DNA of 64,000 bases from a virus (Duplodnaviria > Caudoviricetes): positions 160,001 through 224,000 of IMG/VR virus record IMGVR_UViG_3300049144_000095. One strand, 5' to 3'. The notes beneath the pieces were generated by a model. That model was not told the DNA's origin. It did no database searches and saw only the letters and a list, made by a program, of their open reading frames with translations. The position numbers and the translations under genes are program-made. This document shows, in pieces, positions 1 through 9,428 of this stretch. Within the stretch, counting starts at the first letter, position 1. Each line of letters begins with the position of its first letter.

Positions 1-38
1 TGCACGACCGGATCCCCGACCGGGACCATCTCTTCGAC

Positions 39-413
39 GTGATGTACGACCCGCACCCCGGGGACATGGTCCTGGAACTGACCACCTCGTTCCGTACCGA
101 CAGGGACTCCCGGGTGCTGGCTTCCGGCATCCTCCTTGTCCATGAACGCAAGGAATGGGCCAGTACGGATGAGGAGTGGGCACAGACCGTCGCCCAGGAA
201 AAGGCCAGCCATGAAGAGGATGGCTACAGCTTCGACGAGGAGCAGTTCGCCAAGGACCGCTTCGCGACGTCGGCCTCCTACGTGCAGTACGGGCCCAGCC
301 CTACCTACGTGTGCCGATGGTCGAACTGCAAGTTCATCGTCATTCCGATGGACCTGGCCGAACCATTCATCCGCCCGTTCCTCCAGGCGTACGCGAAGAG
401 GGTGACCTCGTGA
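39..413 (+). CDS. hypothetical protein (start uncertain, may begin upstream of window)
   Basis: 124-aa ORF whose TGA overlaps the GTG of the next gene (GTGA 410-413). Confidence 0.6.
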   Translation: MMYDPHPGDMVLELTTSFRTDRDSRVLASGILLVHERKEWASTDEEWAQTVAQEKASHEEDGYSFDEEQFAKDRFATSASYVQYGPSPTYVCRWSNCKFIVIPMDLAEPFIRPFLQAYAKRVTS

Positions 414-736
414 CGGAGAAGCTGGTCCGGGACCGCATACCGGAGATCGCCGCTGCGAAGGGGCAGAAGATCAGAGTACGGAGGGCCAGCCCGGCAGAGA
501 TGCCCGCACTGCTGCGGGCGAAGCTGAGCGAGGAGTGCCGCGAAGCGATGGCCGCCAAACCCGACGAACTGCTGAACGAGCTGGCCGATCTGGTCGAGGT
601 GGCGCAGGCGCTTGCGCAGGTTCACGGTCATGATGCCGCCGCTCTGGAGGCGGCGCAGCGCATCAAGCGGCAGCATCGGGGCGGGTTCACCCAGCGCATC
701 GTCCTTGATCTCGGCGCTGTCGGCGCATCGGGCTGA
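410..736 (+). CDS. MazG-like nucleoside triphosphate pyrophosphohydrolase (house-cleaning family)
   Basis: KLVRDRIPEI...KLSEECRE...ELADLVEV...KRQHRGGF motif pattern; GTG at 410 coupled to upstream stop. Confidence 0.8.
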   Translation: MTEKLVRDRIPEIAAAKGQKIRVRRASPAEMPALLRAKLSEECREAMAAKPDELLNELADLVEVAQALAQVHGHDAAALEAAQRIKRQHRGGFTQRIVLDLGAVGASG

Positions 737-754
737 CGCGGTTTCAACACCTCA

Positions 755-792
755 AGCCCGCACCCCGGGTTGGAGAACTCGGGGTGCGGGCT
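755..792. terminator. 13-bp inverted repeat, probable terminator between convergent genes
   Basis: AGCCCGCACCCCG (755-767) / CGGGGTGCGGGCT (780-792). Confidence 0.6.
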
Positions 793-897
793 CTTGGCTG
801 TACGCGTCCACCCTCAACCGTTGACCCGGTCCGTTACGGACTGGGACGATGGACGCGGTTCTCCTCGGGGCGTCTCGACCTGACCCGGACGGCCCTT

Positions 898-943
898 GAG
901 GCCCTGCCAGCAGCGGTTCCCACGACCGTTATGGCAGGGCCTC
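898..943 (-). terminator. 12-bp inverted repeat downstream of 959..1870
   Basis: GAGGCCCTGCCA (898-909) / TGGCAGGGCCTC (932-943). Confidence 0.5.
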
Positions 944-958
944 TTCCATGTCCGCAGA

Positions 959-1870
959 TCAGTCGCCGAGATCCATGTTCGGGTACTTGCGCTTCACGGC
1001 CGCCTTGACCTTGGCCTGATCGCCCGGCGAACCGAACTGCTTCACGCGCGCCAGCGCCGACCGCGCCCGCGCCGGAGTGTCGATCGGATACTTCCGGCCC
1101 GGGAGGGCGAAGTCGCTGGAGTCGAGGTTGTTGCGCTTCTTGGCGTCGAGCGGAGCTTCCGCCATGGGCTTCTGCGCTTCACCCATGTCACCCCAGTCGA
1201 CATCCTCGCCCTCATAGTCGTGGCCCTTCGGCGTGGACGGCATGAACTGGGGTTTTCCGTACTGCGCCACGATCGCGTCCTGCACGGACGTGACCACGTC
1301 GCCGTCCACGAACTGCGCGAGGACTTCCAGCGCCTGACGGGCATCCTCTTCGTCCGGGAAGCCACCGATGTCGTCACAGTCGGCAGCCTCGGCCATGCCC
1401 GGCCTGCGCGACTCCTTCTCCTCGTCGTCCTTGTTCTTGCCCTGGAGCCACGGAGGAAGGGCTTCCTTCTGCTCCTCCTTGTCGTCCTTCTGGAGCCATG
1501 GGGGCAGCGATTCGTTCATCCCGTTGCCCCAGGGGGGCAGCGTGTCCCGGGGCCTGATCTGCGCCGAGGTCGCCTCCTGGGCGGTCTGCCACGGCAGGGC
1601 GGCCTCGTTCACCTCTCCGCGCCTGCGAGTCGCCACGCCGGTCGGGGAGCCGTCGGGGTACACGATGGGCGGCGGAGTCTGTCCGAGCGCCCCCGGGTCG
1701 AGCGTGCTGGCTTCCTGGACCTGGCTGCGCCAGCCGATCCCGTTGCGCGTGTAGCGCTTGTCCCGCACTGCGGTCATGGGCGAAGCGTCGGAGCTGGAAG
1801 CCTCTTTGGCGCCTGTCGCCTTCATGCTGTGCTCGTCGTATCCGTTGGCCACTCGGGTCACCCCATTCAC
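959..1870 (-). CDS. low-complexity protein with C-terminal DUF6582-like module
   Basis: C-terminus KKRNNLDSSDFALPGRKYPIDTPARARSALARV...KYP resembles the phage-associated DUF6582 signature as recalled; acidic LPPWLQ repeats upstream. Confidence 0.6.
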   Translation of the reverse strand: MNGVTRVANGYDEHSMKATGAKEASSSDASPMTAVRDKRYTRNGIGWRSQVQEASTLDPGALGQTPPPIVYPDGSPTGVATRRRGEVNEAALPWQTAQEATSAQIRPRDTLPPWGNGMNESLPPWLQKDDKEEQKEALPPWLQGKNKDDEEKESRRPGMAEAADCDDIGGFPDEEDARQALEVLAQFVDGDVVTSVQDAIVAQYGKPQFMPSTPKGHDYEGEDVDWGDMGEAQKPMAEAPLDAKKRNNLDSSDFALPGRKYPIDTPARARSALARVKQFGSPGDQAKVKAAVKRKYPNMDLGD

Positions 1871-1905
1871 GGGTCCGTTGTCACCCGGAAAGCGTAGTCG
1901 TATAT

Positions 1906-1953
1906 ACGACGGATGGCCCGCCTCCCATTGGTGAGAGGCGGGCCATCCGTCGT
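1906..1953. terminator. perfect 19-bp hairpin, probable terminator
   Basis: ACGACGGATGGCCCGCCTC (1906-1924) / GAGGCGGGCCATCCGTCGT (1935-1953). Confidence 0.65.
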
Positions 1954-2153
1954 TCTTCAGATTTCCAGGTCGGCACCCATTCCAGCGATGCCGTCATACC
2001 GAGCCTCGCTCACGATGGCACGGATACGCCCAGCCAGCTCCTCGGCCAGCTCTCGGTCGCTCGGGCTCCGCTCGAAGTCATCGTCGTCGGACAGAGAGAG
2101 CAGAACGATGATCTTGCCTATCTGGCGCCCCACTGGAGACCCCCTTGTCGATG

Positions 2154-2894
2154 TCAGCGGGCGTTCGCGGCGGCCATGATCAGTTCGTTCTGGTCACCGT
2201 GACGGACCTTCACGCGGGCGCCGCTCTTGCGCAGCTTCCAGCGGACGGTGGGCCGCCCGTCGGCGGTCATCACCCGGTCGAGCACGGCGACGATGACGCA
2301 GTTCTCCGTGCCGATCAACGAGGGCCGGATGCAGAAGGCCGGGTCAACGTTTGCGCCGCCTTCACCGTCGTACACCTTGAAGAGCACGTTGCTGGCGCCC
2401 TGGAAGCCCTTGTCCGCACGGTTCTTGCTCTTGAAGGCGGCCACCTGTACGACGATGCGGTGGTACTCGCCGGGGATCTTGTTCAGCACCAGGCGGATCG
2501 CCTCGTCGTCTCCCTCACCGTCACCGGTGGTGTTGTCGCCGGTGTGCGTGATCGATCCGTCGCCGGGCAAGCCGTGCAGCGGGTTGGTGTGAGGCTCCCA
2601 GCCTGCGACGAGGGTAACCGGGATCTGATCCTGGAAGAGCACCGCCACGGCGTCCAGGTCGGCGCCCATCTTGCGCGAGGCGCGACCGAGCCACTTCGCC
2701 TTGCCGCGAGAAGAGGCGTCCCAGGCGGCACCGATGGTGATCACGTCGCTCACGTCCAGCTCCTGCCCGTCAGGGAGGAGCGGAACGCCGACCGGAGCCA
2801 GCTCTTCGTCACTCAGCGTAGGCATCGCGTCGCCCTGCTGGATGTCGCCCTTGTACATGTCCGTCACTATCGAGGTCCCCGTCCCGCTCGCCAT
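2154..2894 (-). CDS. terD: TerD-family stress protein
   Basis: GAAWD...ADLDAVAV...SITHTGDNTTGDGEGDDEAIRLVLNKIP...GFQGASN matches the TerD calcium-binding core. Confidence 0.85.
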   Translation of the reverse strand: MASGTGTSIVTDMYKGDIQQGDAMPTLSDEELAPVGVPLLPDGQELDVSDVITIGAAWDASSRGKAKWLGRASRKMGADLDAVAVLFQDQIPVTLVAGWEPHTNPLHGLPGDGSITHTGDNTTGDGEGDDEAIRLVLNKIPGEYHRIVVQVAAFKSKNRADKGFQGASNVLFKVYDGEGGANVDPAFCIRPSLIGTENCVIVAVLDRVMTADGRPTVRWKLRKSGARVKVRHGDQNELIMAAANAR

Positions 2895-3241
2895 TCCCTG
2901 ATGGGCTTGCCCTGGTTGGTGTCGGCGCTTTTACGATCGTTCGAGGGTAGGCCCTTCGAGTCTTCCCCGCTACCGTTACTGCGCCCAGTTTCGGGACGTA
3001 ATTCGAGTATCACCCTTCCTCCTTCCCGAAAGCTCCCGTACCGCTTTCTCCTTGCGGCCTAGGCCAGTCTATAACGCTCAACCTCGTTGCGCCAGGCCGA
3101 TCTTGGGCTTTCGGGGAAAATAAAATTGGGGTTTTCCGCTGCGCTCTCCCATGGAAACGGAGCGTGACGGGCGCAGGTCGCGGCGGCTATGATGCCTATC
3201 ATGATCCTCGCCATCGTCGGGGACGAGGAAAGGGGAAGAAG

Positions 3242-3970
3242 ATGGACGGCAACAAGGCTGCCTGGGTGGGGATCGCGCCGTCGCCCAAGGTGCTGGCGGC
3301 GCTGGATCAGGAGGAGACTTCCGTACTGGCACTCCTGGCCTGGTGCAGTGCCACGCGAAACCCCGTGACATCACTCGACGTAGCAGCACTCCCGGACCGC
3401 AACGGCACACCTCTGGGCATCATGGAAGCCCGGCGGATCACGCAGACCCTGCGGGACATGAAGATCGCCTCGGTGCTGGGCATGACCAACGACAAGCCGC
3501 TGAGCATCTTCCTGGGCGGCTTCCGCACATCCGGCGCAGCCCATCGGTCCGACCGGCCGGTCTCGCCCGCACGTACGCCCCAGCCGACGGGCCCTGGGAT
3601 GTTCCAGTCCCCGGCCGCGCCTCGTCCCGTGCGCCGCGAGGCTCCCCCCAAGGCGAAGACGGGACTGCCGATCGAGCACAGCACGGGCAAGCTCGACGCA
3701 CTGAAGACCACCCCGCGAACCCCGGACTTCGTGGCACGCGAGTCGCGCAGGCTCCGCAACGAGCTGAACCGGATCAGCAAGATGAACCGGCCGGTGCAGC
3801 AGGCGCAGGCCCGCAAGGAGATCCTGGAACGGCGCATCCAGCTCTACCGCCGTTGGCTCGCAGTGGAGCCGGACCATCCGTCGCTGAAGTCATGGCTGGA
3901 GCGCAAGGTGAACGCCCTGCCGGAACTGGACCGTGACATCGAGCAGGCGAAGCGCAGAAAGAAGAGCTGA
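3242..3970 (+). CDS. hypothetical protein
   Basis: long ORF with purine-rich RBS before ATG 3242; followed by terminator. Confidence 0.7.
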   Translation: MDGNKAAWVGIAPSPKVLAALDQEETSVLALLAWCSATRNPVTSLDVAALPDRNGTPLGIMEARRITQTLRDMKIASVLGMTNDKPLSIFLGGFRTSGAAHRSDRPVSPARTPQPTGPGMFQSPAAPRPVRREAPPKAKTGLPIEHSTGKLDALKTTPRTPDFVARESRRLRNELNRISKMNRPVQQAQARKEILERRIQLYRRWLAVEPDHPSLKSWLERKVNALPELDRDIEQAKRRKKS

Positions 3971-3986
3971 GGCGCGTCAGAAAGCA

Positions 3987-4022
3987 CAGAGACCGGAACC
4001 TGTGGGCGGGTTCCGGTCTCTG
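3987..4022. terminator. 14-bp hairpin between convergent genes
   Basis: CAGAGACCGGAACC / GGTTCCGGTCTCTG. Confidence 0.65.
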
Positions 4023-4078
4023 CGTGTTTCGCCTTCCGTTGGTCACATCCGTCACGCCAGGTGCGGTTCCGGTGGTCG

Positions 4079-4342
4079 TCAGGCGTGCCTCTCCCCCTCG
4101 ACAACTCGGTTCAGGAGCCGTTCGGTGACTCGGCGCTCGAACCGGGCGACGGTGTTCATGGCTTCGACGCGCGCCTCGGGTTCGCTCAGCCCGCCGTACA
4201 TCAGGCCGGGCACGAGGAGCTTTTCCATCTCCTCGCGGGCCTCCTCCAGCGTCGAGACCCCCGACGGGCGCTGCTGCCGCATCAGGGCCTCCTCCAGGGG
4301 ACCGTCGTCCATCTCGTCCACGCCCTTCTCCTCATCCGTCAT
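4079..4342 (-). CDS. hypothetical protein
   Basis: ATG at 4342 overlaps the stop of 4339..4734. Confidence 0.6.
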   Translation of the reverse strand: MTDEEKGVDEMDDGPLEEALMRQQRPSGVSTLEEAREEMEKLLVPGLMYGGLSEPEARVEAMNTVARFERRVTERLLNRVVEGERHA

Positions 4343-4734
4343 TCCGGCCCACTGGCCAGCAGTCCGTACCGCTTTCGCGCCGACCGCTCCAGCCGGGCCA
4401 CCCGATCCTCCCCGATGCGCTCGACCGCTTCCTTGCGTGAGATGCCGCCCGTGTGGGTCAGCATCAGGTAGGACTCGTCGAGTACAGCGATGGCCCACAA
4501 CCAGGCGACGTCCAGCTCGTACGCCTCCTCGGCCGTCAGGGGACCTTCGAGCACCTGAGGTTCGAGCCCCCTGACGATGATCCGTGCATCCTTGAGGCTG
4601 ACGCCGGATCCCCGCTCCATCTCGATGAGGTTGGCGCGGAACTGTGCCACGGCGTTGCGGCCGTTCGGCGCCTCGTAGAAGTGCGGAACCGAACCGTCGC
4701 AGCCGACCGCCCACCAGTGCATCACCGTCCCCAT
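4339..4734 (-). CDS. hypothetical protein
   Basis: 131-aa ORF in coupled leftward operon. Confidence 0.65.
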   Translation of the reverse strand: MGTVMHWWAVGCDGSVPHFYEAPNGRNAVAQFRANLIEMERGSGVSLKDARIIVRGLEPQVLEGPLTAEEAYELDVAWLWAIAVLDESYLMLTHTGGISRKEAVERIGEDRVARLERSARKRYGLLASGPE

Positions 4735-4736
4735 CG

Positions 4737-5066
4737 TCAGGCCATGTGAGGCATGAAGAGCCAGCCGGGCTGGCGCACGATGGAAAGCTTCAGCTCCTCG
4801 GCCGCCGCTACGAGCAGCCCGTCCCAGGAGATGTACGGTTCATCCGAAGCCGAGTAGGGCTCGATGCAGGTCAGGTCACCCGGATTGACTTTCTTCAGGT
4901 GGCCCTTGATGACAAGGAAGTAGTCGTTGTCGTCGTACCTCCCGGCCGAGAACGGGGTCACTTTGCCATCCTGCGCCCTGGCTTCATTGAAGTCCCACCA
5001 CGGCATCGCTTCGGTCAGCTCGACCTGCACTCCGTAGGCGACGTAGGCACTGACTTCGTAGGACAC
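4737..5066 (-). CDS. hypothetical protein
   Basis: GTG at 5066 after GGAAGGGGAG RBS. Confidence 0.65.
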   Translation of the reverse strand: MSYEVSAYVAYGVQVELTEAMPWWDFNEARAQDGKVTPFSAGRYDDNDYFLVIKGHLKKVNPGDLTCIEPYSASDEPYISWDGLLVAAAEELKLSIVRQPGWLFMPHMA

Positions 5067-5067
5067 G

Positions 5068-5898
5068 TCACTCCCCTTCCTTGAGTCCGGCCAGCACCCT
5101 GCGCAGCTCATCAGCCTGCTGCTGGACTCCCTTGGCCGCCCGGTCCAGTTCGCGGACGATGTACGCCCCGTCCTTCTTCGTGTTCTCGACGGCAGCGAGC
5201 CCCCGCATGAAGACCTTCAATCCCTCAGCGGCCGTCTCCGGGGTCAGTCGCCCTTCCCAGGCGTAATCCTCCAGCTTCATGCCCAGGCGCTCCTCAAGGC
5301 GGTCCAGGAGGGCCAGGCGGGCTCGGTCCTTGGGGCTCAGGTCGCCACGATTGCGGCGCATCTCGTCCATGCGCTCACTGTGCCGCTTCTCCAGCTCCAC
5401 ACGCTGCTGGCGCAGCGCATGGATCTTCGTGGTCTCAGTGTTCGTGAGCAGGGTCCGCAGCAGGCCCACCGTCAGCTCCGGCTTGCGCTCCTCGGGCTTC
5501 ACGATCACCTTGAACCGCCGCCCCCGGCTGCCTGGCACCATCAGGCCCCAGCCCGGCGGCAGTTCACCCTCCTGCACGATGTCCGCGTTCGGAACGACCA
5601 GCCACCAGGCGTTGCAGTACGGCCACCACGCTTCAGCCTTCGCCGGGTTCTCCAGTTCACGGAGCCAGTCGCCGCGCGACGTCTTCAGCTCGCACACGTC
5701 GATCCGGCCGCCGCCCCGGTTCTGCCACAGGCCGATGTGAACGACGTCGGCCCGGCGGGAGCTGTTCGGGGCGGTGACCTCCGTGAGGTAGACGGCGCCC
5801 GCACCGGCCTCGCTGATCCGGTCCTCGGGGCGTATGAAGTGTGTGTGCAGCAGCTCGTTCAGCTCCCGCGTGGTCATCTCGTCGGCCTGGACCGTCAT
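5068..5898 (-). CDS. PD-(D/E)xK nuclease-like protein (MmcB-related)
   Basis: EV...RRADVV...DVCELKTSRGDWLREL...KAEAWWPYCNAWWLVVP...ELPPGWGL restriction-endonuclease-fold motif. Confidence 0.75.
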   Translation of the reverse strand: MTVQADEMTTRELNELLHTHFIRPEDRISEAGAGAVYLTEVTAPNSSRRADVVHIGLWQNRGGGRIDVCELKTSRGDWLRELENPAKAEAWWPYCNAWWLVVPNADIVQEGELPPGWGLMVPGSRGRRFKVIVKPEERKPELTVGLLRTLLTNTETTKIHALRQQRVELEKRHSERMDEMRRNRGDLSPKDRARLALLDRLEERLGMKLEDYAWEGRLTPETAAEGLKVFMRGLAAVENTKKDGAYIVRELDRAAKGVQQQADELRRVLAGLKEGE

Positions 5899-6242
5899 CG
5901 CTTCCCCTCCAGGGCCTCGATCTGAGCGTTGACGCCCCGCGCGAAGGCGAGGAGGTGGGGGGACAGTGCGTGGCGGTAGGACGAGGAGCGGACCTCGGCG
6001 CGCATCATCCGTACGACTTCCGCCATGACCGCTGGCGTGAGGACTCCGGCCAGTTCGCTGCATACGCCGCCGAAGCCGTTGAGGAATCCCTCCTGCCAGG
6101 CCGTCGGTTCGTCGTACGGCTTCCAATACTCGTCGTGGGCGAGATCGTTGGCGGCTCGCTTGACCAGCCGGTCGAGGCGGTCGGCAGCCAGGAGGACTTC
6201 CTTGCGCTGGGCGTCCAGGTTCTCAGTGATGGCGGTTCCCAC
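5895..6242 (-). CDS. hypothetical protein
   Basis: 115-aa ORF coupled to downstream gene. Confidence 0.6.
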   Translation of the reverse strand: MGTAITENLDAQRKEVLLAADRLDRLVKRAANDLAHDEYWKPYDEPTAWQEGFLNGFGGVCSELAGVLTPAVMAEVVRMMRAEVRSSSYRHALSPHLLAFARGVNAQIEALEGKR

Positions 6243-6258
6243 GGCTCTTGCTCCTCGG

Positions 6259-6504
6259 TCAGATCGTGGTGGGATCGAATCGGCGCCGGAGTGCCCACTG
6301 GTGACGGCACTCCGGGTTCGTGCAGCAGGCGCGGACGCGGAGGATGCGAACGACGGCCGTGATTCCCTCGGGGTCCGGGCTCTGCGGCCGGACTGTGCCG
6401 TCCTCGCCGATGAAGGCCAGACCCCAGTCGACGCATCCCTCGGTGTCCTCGGCGACGGCGCAGGGGCTGCCGCAGCGGGTGCAGGCGAGAGGCTGGCTAG
6501 TCAT
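6259..6504 (-). CDS. small zinc-ribbon-like protein
   Basis: CTRC ... CTNPEC cysteine pairs. Confidence 0.55.
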   Translation of the reverse strand: MTSQPLACTRCGSPCAVAEDTEGCVDWGLAFIGEDGTVRPQSPDPEGITAVVRILRVRACCTNPECRHQWALRRRFDPTTI

Positions 6505-7328
6505 GATGCCCGCTCCTTCACCTTCTTGTAGTGAGAGAAGGCCGAGTCGAGATAATCCCTGTGTACTCCCAGTCGCTCCGCTGCGGCCTTTCGCGTGTAG
6601 CCCAATTCGTCGATCAGTTCGGACGCATCTTCAACGAGGGCTACGTACCGAGGCGTGTTGAGGACGGGCTTGCATTCGGGATCGTCTATGTCGGCCCACG
6701 CTTCCGTTGGATACCATCCCCGCTGGCTTGCGTTTTGCCGAGTGCGGGCTACATCTGTTGCCCGAAGTCCGTACTCCACGGGATCCATGTCCCAGAGGCG
6801 ATCGTGTATTCTCCGGATGATTCGATTGCGAGAGATGAGCAATCGAGGCCGACCACCAGAACGGACCTCTCTCACCGTTCTCCGGTTGAGTCCACTTTCC
6901 TCGGCAAGTACCGAAAAGGGAAAGCCTTGCACGGCAAGGGCTTGCAGTCGCCGCATGGCCCCAACAGAGCTGATCATCCCATCAGAGGTCGACACCCACC
7001 CCTCCTCTGGAACCTTCACCCCCAACAGCGCCTCCTCCGTTGTCCAGTGAACCTGGACGCGACTGCCGCTCAGAATCTGAAGGATCGCCGAACGATCCAC
7101 ACCGGAGATGGTTTCAATGTCGACCGGAGACATGTCTGCCAGCATGAGCTGTCGGATATGTTGCAAGGAGCAGTCGGCGGGCACTGTGAACTTGCGGCCC
7201 CCTTTGCGCTCCTGGTAAATCTCACGCTTATAGCGCCGGAAAGCTGCCTTGCAGACCTCCTTCTCGCATCCGTAGCGACCGCATGAAGGATGTCCATGAG
7301 GAATCCGCGACTTAACTGGGCGCTGCAT
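6501..7328 (-). CDS. helix-turn-helix DNA-binding protein (actinophage-type)
   Basis: N-terminal HG..YGC...C cluster, two HTH-like segments (SPVDIETISGVDRSAILQI; VLAEESGLNRRTVREV), AWADIDDP motif, C-terminal HTH; visibly lower GC than flanks. Confidence 0.7.
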   Translation of the reverse strand: MQRPVKSRIPHGHPSCGRYGCEKEVCKAAFRRYKREIYQERKGGRKFTVPADCSLQHIRQLMLADMSPVDIETISGVDRSAILQILSGSRVQVHWTTEEALLGVKVPEEGWVSTSDGMISSVGAMRRLQALAVQGFPFSVLAEESGLNRRTVREVRSGGRPRLLISRNRIIRRIHDRLWDMDPVEYGLRATDVARTRQNASQRGWYPTEAWADIDDPECKPVLNTPRYVALVEDASELIDELGYTRKAAAERLGVHRDYLDSAFSHYKKVKERAS

Positions 7329-7388
7329 CGCTTCTCTCCTTTCCGTTCAGCCTTTGGAAATTCTTCGGCGGCACTCAACGGCGATCAA

Positions 7389-7853
7389 TCACAACTGCTC
7401 GGGTCGGACACCCCCTTCGCACGGCTCCGTGTGGCCGGGCCCCAGCATGCATCCGTCCGCATGCCGGTCCACCTCGACCAATTCGGCCAGGTTCGCCGCG
7501 AGTTCGTTCACGAGGATGTAGATGTACTCCTCATGCTTGCCGTGCGGATCCAGGTACGGCTTGCCGTCCACCTGGAAGTGCTCAAGCGCCTCATGGACGG
7601 CCTCGTTGACGGTCATCGACAGGAAGTGGGCCAGCCAGTGATGCACCGTCGGCACCTCAAGAACTTCGCCGTTCATGGCCCACGGCGGCTGCTGCTCCCA
7701 GCTCCCGGTCTGCCTCTTGTCGTTGTGGGCATTCGGGATGTCCGGCCCGTCGATGCCGTCCTCGCGGAACTGGCGCGACCGGTCCGTCTTTCCGTAGGTC
7801 AACCGGAAGTTGGCTCGACGCAGGGCCGCCTCGAAGGAAGTGCTCTCTGTCAT
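7389..7853 (-). CDS. hypothetical protein
   Basis: 154-aa ORF in coupled operon. Confidence 0.65.
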   Translation of the reverse strand: MTESTSFEAALRRANFRLTYGKTDRSRQFREDGIDGPDIPNAHNDKRQTGSWEQQPPWAMNGEVLEVPTVHHWLAHFLSMTVNEAVHEALEHFQVDGKPYLDPHGKHEEYIYILVNELAANLAELVEVDRHADGCMLGPGHTEPCEGGVRPEQL

Positions 7854-8092
7854 GACTCGTCCCGGTTCTCAGCGGTCTCCGATGCGGCCAGTTCCGTTTC
7901 CATCTCGTCCCGCGCCTCGGTGTACAGGTTCGTTGTGCACCACGGCTTGGAGCACTGCCACGGCTGGATGACCGTGGCCAGCTCGGGCTGCCCTGGCGGA
8001 AAGTCGGCGATCTTCACGCCGTCGGGGCAGTACACACCACGCTCCTCCTCCGTCGGCATGCCAGGGTTCTCGAAGTACACGCCTCGCATCAC
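7850..8092 (-). CDS. hypothetical Cys-containing protein (YCPxGVKI module)
   Basis: shares module with 8488..8931. Confidence 0.6.
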   Translation of the reverse strand: MMRGVYFENPGMPTEEERGVYCPDGVKIADFPPGQPELATVIQPWQCSKPWCTTNLYTEARDEMETELAASETAENRDES

Positions 8093-8469
8093 TCACCCTC
8101 CTTCCGAAGTGACTTGATGGCCGACAGGATCATTTGATCGGCGGCTTCGCCATCCAAGGCTTCTACATAACCATCCCCGTCGAGCCGACCTGGGATGTGA
8201 CCGGCGACAATCAATGCCTTCTGGATGTCAGACTTCCAACCCGACTCCCCGAGCGGCCTCTTCCCGTCAAACCGATCTCCCTTACCCCAAAGGGCCACCA
8301 GCAGGGCGATCAGGTAGTCGCCAATCGTTCCGGCATGGGCATGGTTTTCGTCCGGCATGGGCGTGCTCAGAATCGTTCGCGCATCCGGCGTGCCGTTGCC
8401 GTGGACCGGACAGCCTCTACTCCAGTCACAGGCAGGGATGGCATCGCCAGGAATCCAGGAGCAAGCCAT
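8089..8469 (-). CDS. hypothetical protein
   Basis: 126-aa ORF coupled to downstream gene. Confidence 0.6.
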   Translation of the reverse strand: MACSWIPGDAIPACDWSRGCPVHGNGTPDARTILSTPMPDENHAHAGTIGDYLIALLVALWGKGDRFDGKRPLGESGWKSDIQKALIVAGHIPGRLDGDGYVEALDGEAADQMILSAIKSLRKEGE

Positions 8470-8487
8470 GGAGTACCACCTCCCCTT

Positions 8488-8931
8488 TCACTCGTACTGG
8501 GTGTGCATCAGGTCGTTCATGTCGTTCCAGTACTCCTGGATATCCGCTTCCATGGCCGCCTCGAACCGCTCCCGCGTGCAGTCGGCGACGGTGCACGGCC
8601 AGGGTTCAACCATGCGGCTGACCGGCGCGCAGTCGTTCTGCGTTTCGCTCGAATCCGCCTCGAAGATCTTCACGCCGTGCGGGCAGTAGACCGCACCCTG
8701 TTCCGGCTTGCGCATGGTCGACCCGAGGATCGCGTACTCATTGCCGACGGAAGTGGAGATGAGGGGCACGAAGGGGTCGACCAGCTCTCCCGTCCGTTCC
8801 ACACCGTCCGACATGCCGGTGACCCAGTCCCCCGCCCGAGGCCAGGCGCAGTCGGGGTGTGTGCAGTCCTCCCGGAGTCCCTTGTGCAGCATGTCCCATG
8901 GGTGGTCACCGACCCCGAAGTGCTCGGTCAT
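8488..8931 (-). CDS. hypothetical Cys-containing protein (YCPxGVKI module)
   Basis: 147-aa ORF with RBS; module shared with 7850..8092. Confidence 0.65.
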   Translation of the reverse strand: MTEHFGVGDHPWDMLHKGLREDCTHPDCAWPRAGDWVTGMSDGVERTGELVDPFVPLISTSVGNEYAILGSTMRKPEQGAVYCPHGVKIFEADSSETQNDCAPVSRMVEPWPCTVADCTRERFEAAMEADIQEYWNDMNDLMHTQYE

Positions 8932-8942
8932 CGCTCTTCCTT

Positions 8943-9191
8943 TCAGTACACGGTGAAAACCGGGTGGTCGTCCTCGTACAGCGTCAGCGCCTCCGGGCTT
9001 CCATGGACTTCGTCGACAAGTCGATAAACATCCATGTCGCTGAGAACCACCTGGCCTGTGTCGTTGCGGACGGTGTACCTCGGCACGTAGCCAGGCTGCA
9101 TCACGTGAGGCACGGCGCTGGCCGGAGTCTCGGTCTCGACGTCAACGCCCATCTTCAACTGGGCGAACATCGCGTAATAGTTCAGCGCCAT
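8943..9191 (-). CDS. hypothetical protein
   Basis: 82-aa ORF in operon. Confidence 0.55.
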   Translation of the reverse strand: MALNYYAMFAQLKMGVDVETETPASAVPHVMQPGYVPRYTVRNDTGQVVLSDMDVYRLVDEVHGSPEALTLYEDDHPVFTVY

Positions 9192-9206
9192 TGCCGTGCC
9201 CCTCGC

Positions 9207-9428
9207 TTACGCAGGTACCTCGATCTCCGCCAGGGGCCGCCCCTCGCGGATCTGGTCGAACATCGTGGCGGCCCGCCGGTGGGCCATGCCGTCACGCCGG
9301 GTCAGGGCCTTCCGTACTCCTTGCGGAAGCTGATCCCAGCAGAGAATGCATAAGTAGTCGCCCCGGCGCCGCGTCTGCTGACATCCCGGGCAGCGCGTCA
9401 CCGCCGCCTGAATCACACCGTTCGTCAC
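9207..9428 (-). CDS. small zinc-finger-like protein
   Basis: CPGC...LCILCW; GTG 9428 overlaps upstream stop. Confidence 0.55.
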   Translation of the reverse strand: MTNGVIQAAVTRCPGCQQTRRRGDYLCILCWDQLPQGVRKALTRRDGMAHRRAATMFDQIREGRPLAEIEVPA

